Shown here piece by piece: positions 55,800 through 64,000 of a stretch of DNA of 64,000 bases (position 1 is the stretch's first letter; each line of letters starts with the position of its first letter). A program made the translations under genes and the position numbers. The stretch is from the human T2T-CHM13v2.0 reference genome, Homo sapiens. The notes beneath the pieces were generated by a model, which worked only from the letters and a program-made list of their open reading frames with translations, was not told the origin of the DNA and searched no databases. Location of the stretch: NCBI RefSeq assembly GCF_009914755.1, contig NC_060929.1. The stretch is one strand, 5' to 3'.

Positions 55800-57514
55800 A
55801 AAATTTTATATTATTGAGATAAATGTCTGACTTTAGAAAAGAGTAAGTCATTAGAAGCAACATGTTGCCCCAAAGATGCTGTGATAGTAGAAATAGGAGA
55901 CACATGCTTATAACAGGTGGTTAGAAAACAGGAATAAAATAGGGTGCTGATTAAATACAAATAAAAATTGGTGCCAGATTCCAATTTTGAAATATTAATC
56001 AGTGTGTACAAAATAAATGTGGTGGCCTTCTTCAGTCATCCCTCCCCCTCCTACCTTTTTTCCTGCTTTGTCTTAAAATCATCATTTCAATGAGCAAAAC
56101 AGAAATCTATCTAAATATCACCATGGACTTGTTCCCTTCATGGCCTGATGAACCAATGAAAACTTCTGATGATGATGTAATACTTACAGCTATTTTTATT
56201 CTGGTGGCACAGACTCTCTCTTTATGTAGAGCAAATAGCAACAGAATCTCTTTAGAGTTACTTCAAAGGTGAATTCCACAGCTTCAAAGCCCAACCATGG
56301 ACAACTCTCTTGTTATTTCTACCACCTCTCTGATATCAGAGACCTTTTCCCCATGTTCTGACATCAACGGAAATACAACAAAATCTTGACACAATGCGAG
56401 GGACCGTTCTATAGGTCCGGCAGGGTCTGCCTTCTGCAGAGCAGGTATTTAATAAACAATGGAAGTCTACAGCTCAAGACACCCACAGGGAAGGTGGCCC
56501 CAAAGTTTAAGCAGGAATCTAAAACAGCAGCTTTGTCAGAGACCGACAGGGTGACTGTGGAAAGTGTCACCTCCTTTCTCTACTCACAACCAAAGTGTTT
56601 CATACCATTACAAATATCACAAGAAATTCAAGGGAAGAATTTCAGAGTCAGGCCCAAGATAAGAGCTATTTTATCCGAGGAAAACATAGATGACTAATGA
56701 ACTCCTGAACAGAAAACAGGGGTATTTGGTTTCTTCCAAATAAAAATAAAACCTTTGGTACATTCCACATTCCCTTTCAACCATCTTCCCGCAGAGCCTG
56801 GAACTGTTGGCGCTCTTAACTTTTGTTGAAAACCATGAGTATTAGCAACAATGGGAATTTAATTTATGGCCCAAAAATAAATAACTTATGTTTCAGTAGC
56901 ATTGATTTAGGCTGCAGAAACAGGCGTGAGACTTTGCCAAAGAATATATCTGATTCTTCCAAGTTCCCCTTTCAATGTGTACAATGAGGCCCTTCTATAA
57001 ATATAAAGGTACATGATGTGTTCAGTCATGTAACGGCAGGTTTTACAAACCCCTTTAGCTCTGAATATGTGAACACGCACACATATAACATTTTAACGTC
57101 AAATCTGCCAACAATTTTATAATCTGATGTTATTAGTGGGTAAAACTGTTCTGGTTTTGAAAGAGGGAGAAATAATCAGGTATTGAGTACATTCTTTGAA
57201 ATTAATGCTGGATAAAATTAATAATTATGGTAAAAAAAATTCAAGCAACACCAACAAAACACTGAGGGTTAGAAGAACGTATTTAAAGTAGCCATCTTTA
57301 AAAATAAATGGGGAGATTGGACTTATAAGCTTATATCCTATAAGTACATAAATATATATATATCTACACATCAAAAACTATTCTCAAGAGCTTTGAAAGA
57401 CACTAAATACAAAATAAAAACACACAACTCTATGAAATAAAGAATTCCTACCTAATAATGTAAAAAAATTCATATCAGATTAAATTATAAGACTCATTTC
57501 TTTACTCTCTTATA

Positions 57515-57900
57515 GTAGTGTTATACGTCCATACTCTCACCATGGCCTTGTGTGGCCAAAGGTATTTTTCCCTTCTTGGCTTTGGACTTGGCCATGTGAC
57601 TTGCTTAGGCCTCCTGGTTATCAGCAGGTGGAGGCGTGAAATGTACCTGAGTTACTGGGTTTGTGCTCTTATGCCCCTCCTGCCTTTGTCCATGAGAATA
57701 ACACACTTTAAGTAGCCTCTGGTCCAATGAGGCTGAAAGACTGTGGAGTAAGCTTGGATGCAACCCAAATCTTAAAGCCAAGTCCAGCCTAAACCAGCTG
57801 AACCCCAGTTGATCCACAGAAACATAAGCAAGAAATAAATGTGCATTGTATGACACCGAGATTTTATGCTTGTTTACTGTAACCTAGCCATACCTGGCCA
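57515..57900 (+). mobile_element. MLT1 (I/J-like) LTR
   Basis: ctttggacttggccatgtgacttgct...aagaaataaatgtgcattgtatgacaccgagatttt. Confidence 0.65.
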
Positions 57901-58174
57901 TACTCAGTCCTTACACAATAAAAAGAAAAGTACAACAAATGAGGGAGTCATAATGTATTCATTATTAATGTGGTTTCTGTTTGGTTTCCCATGAACAGCT
58001 GATTAAGAAAAATGTAAAGGATCTTGAGAATACTGTTATAACCTTCTTGACTGAAAATATTTTAAACAGATACACCTTACTATTTTGTCTGGATTCTCTC
58101 CTTCTATAACATAAATGAGGAGCCATAATCAATCAGACACCAGGGTGGTGAGGGGAGCGTGAGCAGGACTGCTT

Positions 58175-58258
58175 AGCAGAACTGTGAGAAATAAATATCT
58201 GTTATTTAAGCCACCCAATCTATGGTATTCTGTTACGGCTGCCTGAGCAGACTAAAAT
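58175..58258 (+). mobile_element. MLT1 LTR 3' fragment
   Basis: cagaactgtgagaaataaatatctgttatttaagccacccaatctatggtattctgtta. Confidence 0.7.
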
Positions 58259-59470
58259 CAAGAGAATCCCAGGCCAAGAGGCCATGCAAAATCTAGGTGG
58301 TGAGTACCAGCAGTGTCACTGACACAGTAGCAGAGCTGAAAGCCCTGTCCAAGCAGCCTCATCATCTTCTCACTGGCCTCACCCTATTTCTCAAAATCAC
58401 TTGCTTGCCAGAGAAGAGCTTTTTTTCTATTCCAGAAATCAGTTGGCAGTATTTAGAGGAAAAGCTTTCTCTTGAATTTAGCTACCTTTCTGATACTGAT
58501 AAAATTATCGATCCCATATTCTAACCAGCTTGAGGAAATTCATTTATTACAAGCTGTGTATTCCTTCACTGTTGGAGGACTGTCATGCCTTCATCAAAGA
58601 ACAAGACGAATTTATAAGCAATGTGTAGCTAACTTTCTAAGTGCTCTACACAGAGAGCACAAACAAACTCCTCAAACTGGGATCACTTCCCCCCCTATTT
58701 CCACTAGGGAAGTAGAAATGGTCCATCTCAATCACCTATGTATTTATTGAACCGCTCATATATTAATATAAGTAAAACTGTGGAGAAAGGTGGGCTTTTC
58801 TATTCCTGTTTAATAAAAACTTGGGATAGTCCTACTTTGACCCCCTAGATCAGTTTCAGGCCTATTTCTCAATTTAAAAATAAAGTTTCTGTTCCATTTA
58901 GACATTCTCTCAATTACTGAGTCTTCATTATATATTCCAAGCATGATACATCCATTAAAATCCCTTGGAAGCAAGATTATTTCATCCAAACTTAGCCCCA
59001 GGGGAACAAAAGTATTTAAATGTGCAATTTATTCAACATAAACAGCAGTTCTGACTTGAGGATGTTCAGCTTAATAAGCTATGGAATTCAGTTTTCGTGC
59101 CACAGCAGATGACTCCTGAGTCATGATTGAAAATATCACTCATTTTAATAAAGATTGTAATAACTGGCCCCCCAAAATAAGGAAAACATCAAAAACAATC
59201 TAGAACATGTATTTTCTGTGTTCGTGAAAATATGATGCAAAATCTGAGGTCTGTAGTCCAGGAGAAGTAAATAGTGAAAGTACTGCTCGGGCGTTAAAGT
59301 GACATGAGATGGCTCTGAATGTTATAGTTTAAAAATACTCTCCAAGAATACAAGCCAAATGACTGCAGGATTATAAGTCCTCTCTCCCAGTTGTTCAGGT
59401 ATTAAAAACAGGCACAAGTAAGAATAACCTTCAACAGAACTAATAAACAGCACGTGAGTAATAATGCAAT

Positions 59471-59524
59471 ACACCCCAGTGAGGATACTACACCATGACA
59501 CCCCAGTGAGGATACTACACCATG
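59471..59524. repeat. Perfect 27-bp tandem duplication
   Basis: acaccccagtgaggatactacaccatg x2. Confidence 0.95.
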
Positions 59525-60027
59525 TATCTTTTCCTCTTTTTGCCAAATACCTCTAAATAATAATGTCGACTTCCTTCCTTCTGCATAGTCCCTCCTCTTT
59601 AAAATTTAAAAAAAAAAAAGCGTTAAAGGAAATATGATTTAAATGTCAAATTAAGGGCACATTCTTGGGTTCCTCCCTTAGAAGCAATGCTCTCACTGCT
59701 GGAGGTACTGATGGTGCCTAGAATTCAACTTCCCCAGCTGCCATTACAGCATCTGCAGTTACTTAATGCTATCGTCAATTTTCCAATATTTATGGATGAT
59801 GAGCCACGCCCATCATCTGCCAGTCCACCTGTCCCCCAGACATAACTCTGCCCCCTTGTGGCAGATCAGACTCTACTGCAAGCTGCCAGGCTGCATGCAG
59901 AAAACACTGCCTGGTGGACAAAAGCCATCCAGCCCTGCTGCATGCTTCTTCCCCTTCACCTACAGAGTCAGCTCTCACTATTTTGAAAACAAAACCAAAC
60001 AAAATAAAACCGAGCTGCTCCCTACTC

Positions 60028-60440
60028 AGAATAATCAAAAGACGGGAACAACCTGAATGTCCGTCAACTGATGACAAAGCAAAATGTGGTCTATCCAAAT
60101 GATGGAATAGTATTCAGCCATGGAAAGGAATGTAGTGCTGATAAGAGCTGTAACATGAATCAACCTTGAAGATATTATGCTAATTCATATGTTGCATGAT
60201 TCCATTTATATGAAATATCCAGAATAGGGCAAATCCATAGAGGGGGAAGCAGTGGTTGTCAGGAGCCGCAGGGAGGAGGATACGGGAATTGACTGCTTAA
60301 TGGTTACAGAATTCCTTTTGGGGTGATGGAAATGTTCTGGAACTAGACAGTGGTGATGGTTGCACCACCTTGTAAATGTACAAAATGTCACTCAGGGTAA
60401 ATTTTATGTTATATGCATTTTATCACAATTTTTAAAAATA
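60028..60440 (+). mobile_element. L1MB-like 3' end
   Basis: aacaacctgaatgtccgtcaactgatga...ttttggggtgatggaaatgttctggaactaga. Confidence 0.8.
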
Positions 60441-61049
60441 ACAACAAAAGCCATGCTACTCTTTTCCCGGTCACTGTTTCATTTTTCTCCATTCATTTAC
60501 CAGCAATATTTTCCAAACTGTGATTCACACTACCTACCTCCATTTTCTCAGCCCTCATCTCATCCTCAGGCCCTTGAATTTGGTTTTTCACTCCTAAAAA
60601 GCTCCTTCCCCTCCTCCTCCACACATATAAACAAAAAAACATGGAGAACTGTTGATAAAGGCCTCCAAAAACATTTTTATACAATCCAGTGACTTTCCCT
60701 GGTGCTCTTAGAACCCAGTTAATGCTGACTCCTTAAAACACTCTTTTTCCCTGGCTTCCAAGCATGGCATCTTCATGACTCTTCTTGACTACCTTGGCCA
60801 TGTTGGTTCATTTTTCATCAAACCTTCTTATTTCTACTTGCCCAGTAAGGACATTCTCCCAGGCCCATTCTTGGCTCCCTCCCAAAAATGTTACCACCCC
60901 ATGTCACTCTAGCCCTCCTTGTTTCAGGATAAGCTCTCCCACAAATCAGGGTCAAACTTCATTCTTTCATAGATGGAGACATGAGTTGGAAAAACTGCCC
61001 TCTACATTTCCAAATCAAAGCTGGTTCTTTCACATCATAAGAAATACTA

Positions 61050-61487
61050 GATTAGTTTCCTATTCCTGCTGTAACAAATTACAAATTTAGTGTCTGAACA
61101 CCACAAAAATCCATCATCTTGCAGTTCTGGTGGCCAGACTCTAATCTGGGTCAGCTGGGATGCATTCCTTTCAGAGGCTCTCGGGGAGATGGTGTCTCCT
61201 GGCTTCTTCCAGCTTCTAGAGGCCACCTGTTTTCCTTCACTCATGGTCCCTAGCTCCATAGTCACAGCCTGCAGCCTCGCATTGTCTCTCTTTGACCTGC
61301 CTCCTTCCTAAAAGAACCTTTGTGATGACATGGGGCCACCTGGATACTCCAGGATCATCCACCCATCTCAAGATCCTTGATCCCATCTGCAAAGTCCCTC
61401 CTGCCATCTGAGGTCATGTATTCACAGGTTCTGAGTTACGGTATGGACTTCTTTGGTGTGGATGGGACTATTCAGCCTGCCCCAAAC
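61050..61487 (-). mobile_element. MLT1D-like LTR
   Basis: attagtttcctattcctgctgtaacaaattac...cttccagcttctagaggccacc...catctcaagatcctt...tctgcaaagtccct. Confidence 0.8.
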
Positions 61488-62499
61488 ACACAATGGTGTG
61501 GAAGACGTTCTTTAGCAGCTACTGCTCTTGTACACTCTTCTAACAAGCAGGAACCTTTGCCCTCAGTATTTAACAGGTTAATTTATGCCTGGGAGCCAAC
61601 AACTCACTAATACCCCCTCTTTCCACACAATCACTTGCAAATTAAGTTATTTTCTAGGATTCACAATTCAAGATGATCTGGAGTCCTCAAGAAAAGGAAA
61701 ATACTAAGTCAAAAGACTAAGTCAAAGAGCAAGGAGGGAAGGAAAGACTTTGGAGAGCACAAGATAAACAACATTCAAAAGATTTTATATAAGACAGTGG
61801 ATAGAAACAAACAGTAAAAGGGTCATGAACTCAAAGTACCATTTAGTTCTTAGAGACCTCACAGATGCTTAGCTTGTTTGTCAACTAAAAAACACAACCA
61901 TTTGTCATTGATTCATGTCATTCATTTGTGAATTTCCTGCCCACCCCCACTTTCTCTGTCATATTCTCCATTGATCTATCCTTCAATCACTTCTCTTAGT
62001 TAGTCCCTGTTAATTTTTTTCACTCCCCCTACTACTCTAAAACATATGAGTATCCATGCACACCTGTGCACACAGGTACAGGTATAGAAGTCACCTTTCA
62101 TCGGACTTTCTTCTTGTAACTAGAACAACGTTAATGCTTTTGCCCTGCTGGAATGTGTAGGTACTAATCACACTTTGGAGCCACACGGCTGGGTTCTGCA
62201 GTAGCCAAACTATTCTTAGCTTCTCTGAAACAGATGTCCCATCGCTCACACCCCCTCTAGTGGCAGCCAGCCCTAGAACAGGGCTGAGCATGCACAGACT
62301 AAAGACAAAAAAACCTCCCAAGAACTCACAAGAATATTTCCATGCTAGGTGTCACAGCCCTTGTATTGGTATAAATTTTACACAACCTTTCAAATATACA
62401 ATATTCTGGCTTTGGGAACTGTTCACTTTAAGCATTAGGCATCTACCTTTTTCCTTTAAATGACCATTTGTACTGCCATATCGTAAACTCAGAAACAGA

Positions 62500-63125
62500 A
62501 ACAGTGCACACTATGGAAAAAAAAATCCAAAGTCAGTGCAAAAAGAGCAGATAAATAAGTTGTGATATAGTCCACATGATGGAATATCGTACAGCCACAA
62601 AATATGAATGAACTACAGCTATACACAGCAACACAACTGATCTTTTTAAAAAACGTGTAAGAAAAAAAAACACTAGTCCTAGAAGAGCACATAAATATGG
62701 TACCATTTTGATACACCTCAAAAACAAAAACTTTATTTAGGGATACATATATGTGATTTAAATATATAAATATTCATACTTGGTTTAAATATATACATGT
62801 TTATATTTTGTTTAAATATATATCTATACTTTGAATATATAAACATTTATACCTTGTTTAAATATATAAATATTTAGATTAGATTTTGTTTAAATATATT
62901 TAGATTTTGTTTAAATGTATGAATATTCATATTTCATTTAAATATAAGCGCGGCTTTTTTTTGAAAAGCAAATGAATGAGGAGCACAAACTTCAGGACCA
63001 TGCTTGCTTCTGGCAGGCAGCAGGACGGGGTGGGCGGGGGAGCAACTGTATCAGTCCTGATTGGATAATAGGTTCATGTATATTCATTTTATTATGTTTT
63101 ACAACTTATATATATATTACAAATA
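62500..63125 (+). mobile_element. Old L1M fragment with AT-rich degenerate repeats (62745-62945)
   Basis: gatggaatatcgtacagccacaaaatatgaatgaactacagctata; repeated tttaaatatat units. Confidence 0.6.
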
Positions 63126-64000
63126 TCATTCAGTATATTCAATATGATCACTAACATGTACCTAAGGAACATATACAGGTAGGCCGACAGACAGACAGAC
63201 CTGCCCACTGACAGAACCCAGGGATAGGTTGTTGAAAGAGAGCACGATATTCTCTCAGATTCCCTCTTGTTGTCCAAAGACTACAGTTCGGACCATGAGG
63301 ATAAGATTTAAATCTTATTCTGGATAATGCAAAGAGTTTCCAAATCTTGAAACATTTTTGGGTTTACACCTAAGTCACCAGAATATGCATTCAACCCTGT
63401 CACTTGTACCTGGAGGCTGAACCTTTGAGCTTGCCTCTGAGCCTCAAAAAGCAAGAATTTAAGAACTTTGATCTCACCTGACCTTGGAAATAAATCATTT
63501 TTCTTCACCCCAATCCTGTGAGACTTTGTGTCAAAAGACACTCGGCCTGGCTGGGCCCCCCACCTGGAATGATGCTGACATTTCCGAGGCTGGAACCTCT
63601 CCGTTGAGCCTCGCTTGTTTCTCTGGACTTTGTCCCTGACCTTGGATTCCTATGACTGGGCCGTGCCAGTCTCTCTCCTGTAACCAGCGCCTGCCTCTCC
63701 ACAGCAGCTTGGGAGCCGGAGCCCTGGGCACTCAGGTGAACTAAATGCCAGGTGCTGCTGCCTGCAGAGTGCTGGTTGTCACCTCCCCACATTCACCCTG
63801 CCTGCGGGCACACCCTCTTTTTCATTGAATGTCTTTTGTTTCCCCTCTTGATAAAAGAATGTTCATTATAGGAAAAATAATGTAATAAGGGTGAACAAAA
63901 TCAAGAAAATAAAAAACACTTATATTCCCCTCACCCTGAGATAACTACATTTATGTACCAACATACAATTATGATGTACTGCGCATATACCTCACTGCGC

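Overview
Primate (almost certainly human) genomic DNA, not prokaryotic: no operons, CRISPR arrays, rRNA or tRNA genes. Roughly half is interspersed repeat (Alu, L1, MIR/L2, MaLR/ERV LTRs, Tigger/MER DNA transposons), plus two GC-rich minisatellites (52 bp x ~10; 40 bp x ~19). The only coding sequence I can support is a 35-nt minus-strand segment (17952-17918, MPEGEDFGPGK + AG|gtaatt) that is absent from the ORF track. I recognise it as the unique N-terminus of RETREG1/FAM134B isoform 2 (FAM134B-2, a starvation-induced ER-phagy receptor; chr5p15, from memory). The window therefore most likely lies inside the large intron 3 of the long isoform and contains the internal FAM134B-2 promoter and first exon. 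The listed ORFs look like repeat-derived or chance ORFs. I found no novel multi-gene system. The best leads are regulatory or splicing hypotheses: a frame-preserving cryptic acceptor in front of the isoform-2 start, a candidate poison exon, a promoter motif cluster, and VNTRs that multiply transcription-factor motifs. Repeat subfamily names are by eye and need RepeatMasker/Dfam confirmation.
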